Assembly: GCF_006345805.1 (NCBI RefSeq)
Contig: NC_043012.1
Location: forward strand, 24,862,001-24,926,000
Length of the DNA: 64,000 nucleotides
Direction: 5' to 3'
From: Octopus sinensis
Lineage: Eukaryota
The notes under the pieces are model-generated. The model was not told the origin of the DNA and did no database searches. It saw only the letters and a program-made list of their open reading frames with translations. Positions 42,200-55,988 of this stretch are shown in pieces; within the stretch, counting starts at the first letter, position 1, and the number at the start of each line of letters is the position of its first letter. The translations under genes were made by a program, and so were the position numbers.

Positions 42200-42600
42200 T
42201 AGATAACAATAAGCCAATAACAATGTATTATCATTATTGTTATTATTATTATCATTATTATTATCATTATTATTATCATCATCATTATTATTATCATCAT
42301 TATTATTATCATCATTATTATTATCATCATTATTAATATCATCATTATTATTATCATTATTACTATTATCATTATTGTTAGTATTATTATTATTATTACT
42401 ATTATTATCATTATTATTACTATTATCATTATTATTACTATTATCATTATTATTACTATTATCATTATTGTTACTATTATTATCATTATTGTTACTATTA
42501 TTATCATTATTGTTATTATCATTATTATTGTTATTATTATCATTATTATTGTCATCATTACTATTGTCATTGTTATTATTATTATTATCATCACCATTAT
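42200..42600. repeat. (ATT/ATC)n array with 18-bp higher-order unit
   Basis: ATTATTACTATTATCATT-type unit repeated ~42380-42510. Confidence 0.9.
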
Positions 42601-43384
42601 TATGGCAAAAAAGGTATTTGAAAGTTTAAAAAAAAAATTTAAACCCAAACCGAAAAATATCTACTCAAAAAACGATCAAAAAATATAAGAAAGAAAATTA
42701 AAAAATAATAATAATAATGATCGTGAATTGCGGTCTAAAAATCTCTTCATTTTTCAACAATGACAGGAGAGTGAGTTGCTTACTTAGTTAACTGCCAATT
42801 GCAGAGAATTTTCACAATTTCTGTTCCCACATTTGTGAATATTTTCTAAAAATAAATGAACAAAAAATATATAAAAGTATAAATATAAAATATATAAATT
42901 GTTCTGTCTTCAGAATTCTTTTGTTGAGGAATTGTTATTCTTCATACTATTGTTGTTGTCGTCATCATTTTGGAATATGTTGAGGGAGAATTTATTGTAG
43001 TGATAGGGGCGGTTGTGGTGGTCGTCGTCATTTTTGTTCTTGATTTTATTGTTGTTATTAACCATAATCTCACCTTGATCAAATGAGAGAGTCTGTACGT
43101 GGTTCCTCGATCGAGTCTGAATGTGATCCCTAAAATTAGCGGCTTCGTCTTCCTCAAATCACATTTTCGTTTCCGTTGTATTAAAAAGTCGAAAATAGAC
43201 AAGGAATAATCTAGAAACGATGGATATAGAACAGGACGGTCATAATAGGAACACCTTTGATTGTATGTTCATTCGCATTGAACAGGTGTTTAACAGCATC
43301 AAGATCTGTCACACACTCACACACATGCTTTTAAATATGCATTTTGTGCAAATATACAGCTGCATGAACATGTTGCGCCTTGAT

Positions 43385-43606
43385 ATATTCTTTTCCACTC
43401 TAGGCACAAGGTCTGAAATTTTGTGGGAGGGTGGGGCCTGTCGATTAGATCGACCCCAGTATGCAACTGGTACTTAATTTATCGACTCCGAAAGGAAGAA
43501 AGGCAAAGTCGACCTGGGCGGAATTTGAACTCAGAACATAAAGACAGACGAAATGCTGGTAAGCACTGTGCCTGGAGTGCTAACGTTTCTGCCAGCTCGC
43601 TGCCTT
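43385..43606 (-). mobile_element. SINE family B (alternative 3' tail)
   Basis: Family B head and body with a ...CCTTGTGCCTAGAGTGGAAAAGAATAT tail. Confidence 0.8.
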
Positions 43607-44538
43607 TTGCGCTTTAATATACTGTGCGTTGCTTGAGTGTTTGGTTAAGAAGCTTGCCTTCCAGCCATTCGGTCTTGGGTTCAGTTCCAATTTGCAGTAC
43701 CTTGGGCAAGTGTCTTCTACTATCACCCCAGGCCAACCAAAGCTTTGTCAGTGGATTTATGTAAATATGTGTTTGTTCTCCTCCACCACTTGACAACTGG
43801 TATTGGTTTGTTTGTATCCCTATGACTTAGTCGTTCGGTAAAAGTAGCCGATAAAATAAGTATCAGATTTAAAGCGTTCGATTAAACCCTTCAAGGCCGC
43901 AGTCCAGTGATTAAAACAAAAGATAGAAGATGTGCAAAAGGTGCCTAAAAACACAAGTGTTGACAGTAACTTAGAAAATTCGCCATTCGTTGCTTATATA
44001 AATATGAGTTAAAACGTACGAGTATACCAATAGAGATCAGTTCTTGATGTGTGTGTGTGTGTATGTCTGTCGTTCTTTAGGTATGCATCCTTGTAGAGGT
44101 GCAGGCCTTCGTGTTTATGTATACTTACGTATGAAATCTAGATATAAACAAGTGGGCGAATGTAAAGGATATATATTGTGTTCACATAATGTGCATAGAG
44201 TTTTAAGGCAAATGCTCACGTACATATCTACAGAAACATCTCGCCTAGCACACACATACAGTGATCCCTCGACTGTCACCGGTGTTTCATTCCAAAACCT
44301 CGCACAGAAATAATTAAAATCTAAAAATATATAAATAACTATTGGCCGCAGAAACCTGCGATATACTGAGGAGTCTGCGATATAAATTTATATATATTAA
44401 CCAGAAAAATCAGCTATGTACTAAGGGCGCGATAGATGAACCGCGATATGGCAAGGAATTACTATATATGTATTTTTGTATTTATATACGCAGGTATATG
44501 TGTATTTATGTGTATATGTGTGAATATATATGTATATA

Positions 44539-44934
44539 GGCGCAGGAGTGGCTGTGTGGTAAGTAGCTTGCTAACCAACCACATGGTTCCGGGTTCAGTC
44601 CCAGTGCGTGGCATCTTGGGCGAGTGTCTTCTGCTATAGCCCCGGGCCGACCAATGCCTTGTGAGTGGATTTGGTAGACGGAAACTGAAAGAAGCCTGTC
44701 GTATATATGTATATATATATATGTGTGTGTGTGTGTGTTTGTCCCCCTAGCATTGCTTGACAACCGATGCTGGTGTGTTTACGTCCCCGTCACTTAGCGG
44801 TTCGGCAAAAGAGACCGATAGAATAAGTACTGGGCTTACAAAGAATAAGTCCCAGGGTCGATTTGCTCGACTAAAAGGCGGTGCTCCAGCATGGCCGCAG
44901 TCAAATGACTGAAACAAATAAAAGAGTAAAAGAG
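44539..44934 (+). mobile_element. SINE family A (full length)
   Basis: GGCGCAGGAGTGGCTGTGTGG...AAAAGAGTAAAAGAG. Confidence 0.9.
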
Positions 44935-44988
44935 TATGTGTGAATATGCTTTTGTATATTTACATGCATATATACGCGTATATATGTG

Positions 44989-45210
44989 TGTGAGGGGTGT
45001 TGAAAAGTTCCTAGCTTTGAGTAAAAGAAAATACAGGAGGATCAGTTAATGTTGATTTTATCCAACATATTCTCCTTCTCAGGTTTACACAGTTATTGCA
45101 ACAGTCCTTCAGTTTTTCTAAGTCCTGTAAAAGAACTCGGAAAGGTCGCGCCTCCAACAAAGCCTTTCTCGAGACCCTTAAAGCCAGGAAGTTTTCAACT
45201 CCACCTCGTA
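44989..45210 (-). mobile_element. Mariner-derived MITE (~220 bp)
   Basis: ~30-bp imperfect TIRs (GAGGGGTGTTGAAAAGTTCCTAGCTTT / AAAGCCAGGAAGTTTTCAACTCCACCTCGTA). The interior retains transposase-like C-terminal codons (LEKLKDCCNNCVNLR). Confidence 0.8.
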
Positions 45211-45773
45211 TATATATATATATATATTCGTTGAAGAAATAGTCTTCACTACTCAATGTAAAGCATATTAAAATGTAATCTAATTCACACAGAATATGTA
45301 TGTAAAAATACTATATCAGTATTTACGTAATATTAATTTTATCGCCAGACAATCAAGAATGAGGGAAATAAAATATGGATTATGCAACAAGTATATTCAA
45401 CGTATAGCTTGGGTTCCTCTATATTACCAAATGGCTAAATCTGTAATTATATTGTTATTCGAATTAATATTTCTTTTTTTTTTTAGACAGTTTTGCTATT
45501 GTATTTTTATGAACAACAAATATGCAATTAATTGACCCACTTTGTGGTGTTTATGTAAACTTGATATTTTTAAATGGTGCCTTACTGTTAATGGGAGCTT
45601 AATAGAAATGTCTTTATAAAATTTTTTCACATATCATTCGACTGGCGAAACGCAAAATGATCGATGGCTAATATAGAACGCATAATCTATGTATACCTAT
45701 CAGAATAGATATACAATATACTTACTGAAAAACAAAAAACAAAAAACTAATATAAAGTCAGTTGTTACACTAT

Positions 45774-46177
45774 ACTCTTTACTCTTTTACTTGTTTCAGT
45801 CATTTGACTGCGGCCATGCTGGAGCACCGCCTTTAGTCGAGCAAATCGACCCCAGGACTTATTCTTTGTAAGCCCAGTACTTATTCTATCGGTCTCTTTT
45901 GCCGAACCGCTAAGTGACGGGGACGTAAACACACCAGCATCGGTTGTCAAGCAATGGTAGGGGGACAAACACACACACACACACCACATATATATATATA
46001 TATATACATATATACGACAGGCTTCTTTCACTTTCCGTCTACCAAATCCACTCACAAGGCATTGGTCGGTCCGGGGCTATAGCAGAAGACACTTGCCCAA
46101 GATGCCACGCAGTGGGACTGAACCCGGAACCATGTGGTTGGTTAGCAAGCTACTTACCACACAGCCACTCCTGCGCC
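45774..46177 (-). mobile_element. SINE family A (full length)
   Basis: Near-identical reverse complement of 44539-44934. Confidence 0.9.
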
Positions 46178-47152
46178 TATGTTCACATAGGTTTCATGTA
46201 GTGACGTACAATCGTCAGTAAGGATGTGTATCACGATATTTCGTTCCAAAACAACACTGTCAAATGAATCGTTGAAAAATTAATAATAGTTTTCGTTCTG
46301 GGACCCTTCTAAGTTGTCCTTAGCATTATTGTGGATGGTTGCTGGGGTGTAATTTTTGCAATCCTGGCGGAATCTTTGACAGTTCATCTATCCATATTAT
46401 CACAAATCAATTTGTGATGAGCGTCACACGATTCACAACTAGCGTACCGTCTAGACCCTGGTCGATTATGAACGAATCAGCGATAAACTAGGATTTGTCA
46501 GTTTGACTACCACTGCTGAATTCAAACACAGAACCTGGATTAAGCTCATATTTTCAATACAGGAATCGTTTCAGAAGGTTCTTTTTTCCTTTAAATACAC
46601 CAACCAATCGAAGTACAGTTGTTGTTAATGTTAAGTCCAGATCAGTTCTAATTGATAGCAGCTGAGTACTCCTCCTCGAAACCATGGATATTATTGATTC
46701 TTATAGACAACATGATTGTGTGATTAAGAAGCCAGTTTCGGGTTCAATCCTACGGTGTGAGAACTTGCGAAAGTGTCTTCTAGTATTCCAGTATAGCACT
46801 GGGCTGACCAATATCAAGTGAGTTAATTTTGTAGATGGAAACTGTGTGAAAGCCCGTTGTATGAATATATGAATATATATATACATCACTCTTATTATTT
46901 CAATTTAAATAACCATGCTCTCTAACCGGCAAAATTCACTGCAGAAAATTATTTTCTGCAGAGTTATTTCCGGTTTTTGGCGGAAATAATATATGTAAAA
47001 TATATGTACATATGGTATAATTATAAATGCAAATTTTAGCCATTTCCTTATAGATATAGATAGTATATATATTTATATATATATATATATATTATATTAT
47101 ATATATAGATATATATATTTATATATATATATATATGTATATTATATATATT

Positions 47153-47183
<31 letters not shown>

Positions 47184-47251
47184 ATATATATAGATATATA
47201 TATATCTATATATATATATAGATACTTTATATATATATATATATATATATA

Positions 47252-50212
47252 TTTACAAAATAATATAAGAGAGTGTCGGTCAATATATTGCTCACTCTAG
47301 CTAGCACCAGTTAATCAAAAGGTTTCAACCACGAAAATACATGTTTCCCATGAAAGCCAGTACGACGTTTAGCTCCACGGACAGGGCAAGTAAAAATAAA
47401 AAAAATACAGATTATTTTGGGACAATTGTTTCGCTATTAATGAATTAAATGTAATATACTTACAAAAAAATCCATTTGTAGCTCGTCAGCCAAGACTATC
47501 TGGATGAAATCCACTCAATCACACACGCCAGATTTTACCATAACGATAAATACGCGTGTGGTTCAATTGATTACATCCGCGTTATAATTCAATGCCCCAA
47601 CCAACAGCGCGCCAAACTTTCCGGAAAACAAATACAGCATTTAGAAATAAATGCGCATAATTATAATAATAAATAAGGGTGAGAGAATTAGATACTAATT
47701 TAATAGTATATTTATTCAACACCAAGTGGCCTAGTGCTACGAGAAACCTGGATTATTATAATATTTTATAACATATTATAATATTTTTACAAAATATATA
47801 AGAGAGTGGTCAATATATTGCTCACTCTAGCACCAGTTAATCCAAAAGGTTTCAACCACGAAAATACATGTTTCCCATGAAAGCCAGTACGACTGTTAGC
47901 TCACACGGACAGGGCAAGTAAAAAATAACAAAAATACAGATTATTTTGGGACAATTGTTTCGCTATTAATGAATTAAATGTAATATTACTTACAAAAAAA
48001 TCCATTTGTAGCTCGTCAGCCAAACTATCTGGATGAAATCCACTCAATCACACGCCAGATTTTACCATAACGATAAATACGCGTGTGGTTCAATTGATTA
48101 CATCCGACGTTATAATTCAAATGCCCCAACAACAGCGCGCCAAACTTTCACGGAAAACAAATACAGCATTTAGAAAAAATGCAGCATAATTATAATTAAT
48201 TAATAGGGTGAGAGAATTAGATACTAATTTAATAGTATATTTATTCAACACCAAGTGGCCTAGTGCTACGAGAAACCTGGATTATTATAATATTTTATAA
48301 CATATTATAATATTTTTACAAAATAAATATAAGAGAGTGGTCAATATATTGCTCACTCTAGCACCAGTTAATCCAAAAGGTTTCAACCACGAAAATACAT
48401 GTTTCCATGAAAGCCAGTACGACTGTTAGCTCACACGGACAGGGCAAGTAAAAAATAACAAAAATACAGATTATTTTGGGACAATTGTTTCGCTATTAAT
48501 GAATTAAATGTAATATTACTTACAAAAAAATCCATTGTAGCTCGTCAGCCAAGACTATCTGGATGAATCACTCAATCACACGCCAGATTTTACCATAACG
48601 ATAAATACGCGTGTGGTTCAATTGATTACATCCGACGTTATAATTCAAATGCCCCAACCAACAGCGCGCCAAACTTTCACGGAAAACAAATACAGCATTT
48701 AGAAATAAATGCAGCATAATTATAATTAATTAATAAGGGTGAGAGAATTAGATACTAATTTAATAGTATATTTATTCAACACCAAGTGGCCTAGTGCTAC
48801 GAGAACCTGGATTATTATAATATTTTATACATATTATAATATTTTTACAAAATAAATATAAGAGAGTGGTCAATATATTGCTCACTCTAGCACCAGTTAA
48901 TCCAAAAGGTTTCAACACCACAAAAATACATTTCCCCATGAAAGCCAGTACGACTGTTAGCTCACACGGACAGGGCAAGTAAAAAATAACAAAAATACAG
49001 ATTATTTTGGGACAATTGTTTCGCTATTAATGAATTAAATGTAATATTACTTACAAAAAATCCATTTGTAGCTCGTCAGCCAAGACTATCTGGATGAAAT
49101 CCACTCAATCACACGCCAGATTTTACCATAACGATAAATACGCGTGTGGTTCAATTGATTACATCCGACGTTATAATTCAAATGCCCCAACCAACAGCGC
49201 GCCAAACTTTCACGGAAAACAAATACAGCATTTAGAAAAATGCAGGAGCATAATTATAATTAATTAATAAGGGTGAGAGAATTAGATACTAATTTAATAG
49301 TATATTATTCAACACCAAGTGGCCTAGTGCTACGAGAAACCTGGATTATTATATATTTTATAACATATTATAATATTTTTACAAAAAATATAAGAGAGTG
49401 GGCAATATATTGCTCACTCTAGCACCAGTTAATCCAAAAGGTTTCAACCACGAAAATACATGTTTCCCATGAAAGCCAGTACGACTGTTAGCTCACACGG
49501 ACAGGGCAAGTAAAAAATAACAAAAATACAGATTATTTTGGGACAATTGTTTCGCTATTAATGAATTAATGTAATATTACTTACAAAAAAATCCATTTGT
49601 AGCTCGTCAGCCAAGACTATCTGGATGAAATCCACTCAATCACACGCCAGTTTTACCATAACGATAAATACGCGTGTGGTTCAATTGATTACATCCGACG
49701 TTATAATTCAAATGCCCCACCAACAACAGCGCGCCAAACTTTCACGGGGAAAACAAATACAGCTTTAGAAATAAATGCAGCATAATTATAATTAATTAAT
49801 AAGGGTGAGAGAATTAGATACTAATTTAATAGTATATTTATTCAACACCAAGTGGCCTAGTGCTACGAGAAACCTGGATTATTATAATATTTTATAACAT
49901 ATAATATTTTTACAAAATAAATATAAGAGAGTGGTCAATATATTGCTCACTCTAGCACCAGTTAATCCAAAAGGTTTCAACCACGAAAATACATGTTTCC
50001 CATGAAAGCCAGTACGACTGTTAGCTCACACGGACAGGGCAAGTAAAAAATAACAAAAATACAGATTATTTTGGGACAATTGTTTCGCTATAATGAATTA
50101 AATGTAATATTACTTACAAAAAAATCCATTTGTAGCTCGTCAGCCAAGACTATCTGGATGAAATCCACTCAATCACACGCCAGATTTTACCATAACGATA
50201 ATACGCGTGTGG
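47252..50212 (-). repeat. Tandem array of ~532-bp units (5.5 units), each with a hammerhead ribozyme (retrozyme-like)
   Basis: The marker AAGAGAGTG recurs at 47267, 47800, 48331, 48860, 49392 and 49925. No meaningful ORF. Confidence 0.95.
47415..47495 (-). ncRNA. Type I hammerhead ribozyme (repeated at 47944-48025, 48474-48554, 49005-49085, 49536-49616, 50069-50149)
   Basis: TTGG-CTGACGA-GCTA[~43 nt]TAGC-GAAA-CAATTG-TC-CCAA: complete core, G10.1-C11.1 pair, palindromic helix III and GUC triplet, conserved in all six copies. Confidence 0.85.
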
Positions 50213-50322
50213 TATTATAAAATATTATAATAATCCAGTTTCTCGTAGCACTAGGCCACTTGGTGTTGAATAAATATACTATTAATTAGTATCTAATTCT
50301 CTCACCCTTATTAATTAATTAT

Positions 50323-50323
<1 letters not shown>
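50213..50323 (+). repeat. Inverted partial copy of the array unit at the array's 5' end
   Basis: Reverse complement of the unit segment ATAAGGGTGAGAG...CCTGGATTATTATAATATTTTATAA. Confidence 0.9.
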
Positions 50324-50366
<43 letters not shown>

Positions 50367-50400
50367 TATATATATATATATATATATAAAATATATATAT

Positions 50401-50431
<31 letters not shown>

Positions 50432-50806
50432 TACGACGGCTTTCCTTCAGTCTTTGTCTACCAAATTCACTCACAAATCTTTGCTGGTCCGAAGAACTTA
50501 CCGAAGGTATCACGCAGTGGGACTGAACCCGGAACTATGTGGTTGGGAAACAAGCTTCTTAGCACTCAGCCACGCCTGCGCCTATATAGCCACGCCTATG
50601 CGTATATATATATTTGTCACTATCACCGCTCCTACCACTCAACAGCCGGTTGTTGGTTTGTTTACATCTCCGTAGCTTATCGGTTCGTCAAAAGATACCG
50701 ATAGCAGAAGCAGAAAAATTCAGAAACCTAAGTTCTGGTGTTGACTTATTCGACTAAAACCTTTCAAGGCGGTGCCCCAGCATGACCATCGTCCTTTGAG
50801 TGAAAC
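50432..50806. mobile_element. Diverged SINE-A with 5' half inverted relative to 3' half
   Basis: Head on the minus strand at 50432-50582; 3' half on the plus strand at ~50614-50806. Confidence 0.55.
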
Positions 50807-51740
50807 CTTTCAAAGCCAGAAGATAAAAAGATTGTTTGAAGTTTTAATGAGAAGTAATAAAGCTGTTGTTGTTGTTGTTGTTTTAGATGAACCTTCATTA
50901 ATGAAATAGGTCTATGGTCGAAAGCATTCCAGTACGTTCTTCTCTAGTCCATTGCCGATCTTGGACTACATTAACGAATGTGTCTCTTTCGATTTTCAAG
51001 AGAGCGTTGCGCGTGATTTGAGGGAGAATTAATTGGGAAGTGTTAATGATGATCATGATGCTTGTTGATGATGCTGGCGTAAATGGTGGCGGTGGTGGTG
51101 GTGGAGTGTTTGTTTTGAAGGCAATGATGGTAATATTGATGATGATGATGATGATGTTGATTGAGACGGAGGTGATGGTGGTAGAATTCGTGGGGAGGTA
51201 GGGGATGTTGATGATGATGATGATGAAGAAGAGGAGGACTGTTGTTGGTGGTGTTCCGATAGTGTTGGTAAAGACGCTGGCGATTTGACGGCTGTGGCGG
51301 TGGCGGTGGCGGCGATGATGAGGGCGGTGATGGTGACGACGTTGAGGACGATGGTAAGAATGGTGGCGGTGGCGGTGGCGGTGGTAGGAAGAAGGAAAGT
51401 TTAGAAGTTGTACAAGATGTCATCAGTAATTCTATTGCTTCTCTTGGAGAAGAAATGTGATGTCTCCGAACAAGCAAACGTCGTTGGAATGTCTTTCTCC
51501 ACAACGTCACCCTTCACCACCACCACCACCACCACCACATTCACACACATCTCCTGTGCCCACGCCCCGCCGCCACCGGTACCGCCACCACCATCACCAT
51601 CGCCGCCACCATGGAACCGAACAATATCGCCATCATTTGAATGAGGTCCAGGTCATATTCAATGTTATCTTCAGAATGCACCTGTCAATTAGTAGAAGAT
51701 TAAGTCCTCTCGCCACTCATGCCAACTAAAAACCCCTTTA

Positions 51741-51771
<31 letters not shown>

Positions 51772-52679
51772 TTTATTATTTTCCAAACTAACGAAAGAAT
51801 TGTTTCCTTCCTCGCTGCTTTGTAAAAAAATATTTCTTCTCCTTCAAGGCTTTGTTATATATTTTCTTTCATTCCTTCGTTGCTTCATTCTTGTATTCAT
51901 TTATCTATTTTTTTGTTTATAATTTCATTCTTGTAAACTTTCGAATCCTTTTTCACACTTTCATTTTTGTCTTTCGCTTTCTCTTTTTTCTTTTTATTCT
52001 CTCCTTCAATATTTTCTTTCGTTCGTCTTTTATTCTTTCAAGCGATTTTTTTCTTTTATTATTTCTTGTTTTCTTATTTATTTTTTATTTTTTCAGACAA
52101 TTACTTTCTTTCACTTTTCATTCTTCTAAGCAATTTTTCCTTTCGTTATTTCTTTCTTTCATTCTTTCAATCGACTTTTATTTCCTTCTTTCGATTTCTT
52201 CTTTTATTCTTTCAAACCATTTTCTTTCATTTTTTTTCTTTCTTTCCTTCCCGTTATTCTTTCAAACGATTTTCTTTTTCTTTTCAATATTTCTTTTCAG
52301 TTAATCATTGTTTCATTTTTTTTCATTCATTCATACATCCGCTCTAATTTCTTTCCTTCGTTCATTTTTTCACTATTTTATTCATTCATTCTTTTCCTTT
52401 TTAGAGTTTCCTGAGTTTGTTTCGTATTTTTTTTTTGTTACTTTTACGTTCTTTCCCAACTTTGCCCCCCTTCCCCGGTCTCGTCAACGTCAATCTAACA
52501 ACACTTGGGTGTACAATAAACAAACGCGAGATTTCGTTCAACGAATCATCATCATCAACGTCATCACCATCTTCGTCGTCGTCGTAGTCATCACAACCAC
52601 CAAAGTCACCACGTCGTCGCCATAATTGTCGTAATCATCGCCAATATTGCTATACTGCTCCCACCACCACTACTCCAAC

Positions 52680-52680
52680 A

Positions 52681-52724
<44 letters not shown>

Positions 52725-53211
52725 GGATAATAATGATAATGATAATAATAATAAAGATAATAATAATAAGGATAATAATGATAATAATAAGGATAATGAT
52801 AATAATAAGGATAATAATGATAATAATAAGGATAATGATAATAATGATAATAATAATAATAATAATAATAATAAGGATAATAATAATGATGATAATAATA
52901 ATAATAATAATAAGGATGATAATAATAATAAGAAGAAGAATAATGATGATAATAATAATAATAATAATGATAATAATAATGATGATGATAATAATAATAA
53001 TATAATAAGGATAATAATAATGATGATGATGATGATGATGATGATGATAATAATAATAATAAGGATAATAATAAGGATAATAATAATAATAATAAGGATA
53101 ATAATAATGATGATACTAATAATAATAATAATAAGGATAATAATAATGATGATAATAATAATAAGGATAATAATGATGATGATGATAATAATAATAATAA
53201 TAATAATAATG

Positions 53212-53248
<37 letters not shown>

Positions 53249-53340
53249 GGATAATAATAATGATGATAATAATAATAATAAGGATAATAATAATGATGAT
53301 AATAATAATAATAATAAGCATAATAATAATAATAATAAAC
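52680..53340. repeat. (AAT/GAT)n array with periodic AGG interruptions
   Basis: ATAATAATAAGGATAATAATGATG-type higher-order unit. Confidence 0.9.
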
Positions 53341-54323
53341 GAACCGTCGTCATCATAATCATTAACATCATCGTTTTCGTCAGCAACCTCCTCCGCTTCC
53401 TCTTCATTATCGTTAGAAATTTCAAAGTTTGTTTGTTTATTTATATATTTATTTGTTTATTTATTTCACATGCTTCTTCCTACTGCTTCTGCTGTTATTG
53501 TTATTATTACAATATTAATCAACGACACCATTATAATCGTAGTTGTATTGTCGTTTTTACGGTTATTGTTATCGTTATTGTTGTTGTTGTTGTTATTGTC
53601 GTCGTTATCGAAGTCATTGTTATATTTTTTTTGTTAATATTGTTGTTTTGCTATTGTCGTTAACATTGTTGTTAATTTGAAAATTACGCCATTATTATTA
53701 TTTTTTTTTCCTGTGGGAATGAAATCTTAGTTTTTCTAAAACTGTCATCTTACAATTCACAATTTTTATTTATTTATTTGAAGTTACTGACTGAAATGGT
53801 TGTTAAGTGGGCAAAAAATAAAATGCATGTAAAACAGAAGTTAAAATAATAGTATTATATATATATATATGTATGTATATATGTATATATATAAATATAT
53901 ATATATATGTATGTATATATATAAATGTAAATATATGTATATATATGTATGTATATATGTATGTATATATATATGTATATATATATATATATATGTATGT
54001 ATATATGTATGTATATATGTATGTATATATGTATATATATATATATATGTGTGTGTATATATATATAACTTCTGTCCAAAATATGTCTATTCACCTTAGT
54101 GGCAATCTTCGACAACACACATATCCCCCTCTCTCTCTCTCTCTCTCTCGTACTCTTGTACATACCTAGCCTCTATAACAACAGTATTTATTGTGCAATT
54201 AAAAATATAATTATAGGTAATGCAATTATAATAATGGGTTCTGTATTTGCACGAGTGACAGACATTACACAAGGTGGATTGCAGGACCAGGGAATGTTTT
54301 ACAAGGAGTGAGAAAAAAACATA

Positions 54324-54364
<41 letters not shown>

Positions 54365-54384
54365 GTGAGAGAGAGAGAGAGAGA

Positions 54385-54447
<63 letters not shown>

Positions 54448-55945
54448 ATATAGGTATATGAAATGTCACTAAATGTCAGTAGGGTGTTAGGAATCACATA
54501 CACCGCTAGAAATAAGAGCTAAAATGCTCTAATGCTGTAGTAAACGCACATAAATGTAAACTTATACACTAACATAGACCTTAATCGTCCGAAAAATGCC
54601 GATCGAGAATTCTTAATACTGACGTCAGTTTCAGCGATTTCTGTTGCTTCATCCGTGTTGGTTTGTTTACGTCCCATAACGTAGCAGTTCGGCAAAAGTG
54701 ACCGATGGGATAAGAACTAAACTTTAAGGACAACAAATAAGTACTAGGAACAATTTATTCGACTAAACCCATTAACACGATGCTGTAGCATGGCCACAGT
54801 CTAATGAAACAAGTAAAAATTATCTAAATGATTGGTCGTTTAAAGTTTGCACCATTTTATTCTCAATTTCTTTTTATACATCTTTTAATCATAAACTGAC
54901 CGCTGGTCATTTATGTTACTAAGGTGATTACTCTTTGTCGGAACTAGCATATCACGTGCTGAGATAGTCAGGCCATCGGCTTTGCTTGTTTATTGCTTTT
55001 TCGTTTTTATTTGGTGATTCATTGTCTTTTTTGTGTCTGCTTTTCAGCGTTTTATTAACATCATGTTTAAGTATGTGTATGCGTGCGTATGTCTGTGCGT
55101 CGTTGCGTCACTTTGGGCTTGTATTATTAGCTGTCTAAACATACTAAATACTATTATATATATCCTGTATATTTATCTATCTATCTCTTTCCCCTTCTCT
55201 CTCTCTCTCACTCAATCCATTTATGTCTCTATTAATCCATTCGTCTTTCCCATCTCTCTTTCTGATATATAGTGTCCACTGACAAATTAATAAACAGCTA
55301 TTGAAATTACATCTTTGGAAGTGTGTTCACATATAAAACAAGAAGTTAAAGCCACTGCTAGAACAAAAGGCATGTCTTGTGATGCATTTCAAGCTATTCA
55401 AATTTCTTCAGAACATTTATGATAAATTGTATAAGTTGCTAGCAAAGCATCATTCATGCAAATCGGATTTACCGAGTTAACGTGGCCAATTGATTCAATA
55501 GCTATAAATAGTCATTATCTGTATATCTCTCTGTGGGTAGATAAATCAAAGTATATTTTCCCTGAGGAAATTCTTACTGGGACGTAAAACGGGTGAAGGC
55601 AACTACTGTCAACAGATAAATGAAAGACATCTGTTGTAGTTGTTTGTTACTAATATCTAAAGTAAATTCATTATCTATTTATATATCTATCTATTTGTAC
55701 ACACACACACATAAATCTGTTGATTCACCAGAAGCGATATCTTGGACGGCTCAATACTCAATACAAATACTTTAATACATTATAACTGAAAAGTTCCGGT
55801 TTCCGATTGTCAGCACCTAAACTTAATCTGTTGTTCCCTCCAAATATTCACTGAATTATTTTTTAAATCTGAAATGAATGTTTGAAGAAATGCTTATCAT
55901 TGTGTCCTTTTCTTTAAAAATTTCTGTGAGCGACACGCGTGTGTG

Positions 55946-55988
<43 letters not shown>

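Noticed and set aside
46180-46220. HHR-like CTGACGA...GAAAC on the minus strand
   Set aside because: G at the cleavage position and no helix I.
47252-50212. CRISPR array or plain satellite interpretation
   Set aside because: Units are wholly repeated with no unique spacers or cas genes, and the conserved HHR in each unit argues for a retrozyme-type origin.
55375-55420. CTGAAGA...GAAATGCATC on the minus strand
   Set aside because: Helices I and II pair poorly; compatible with chance.
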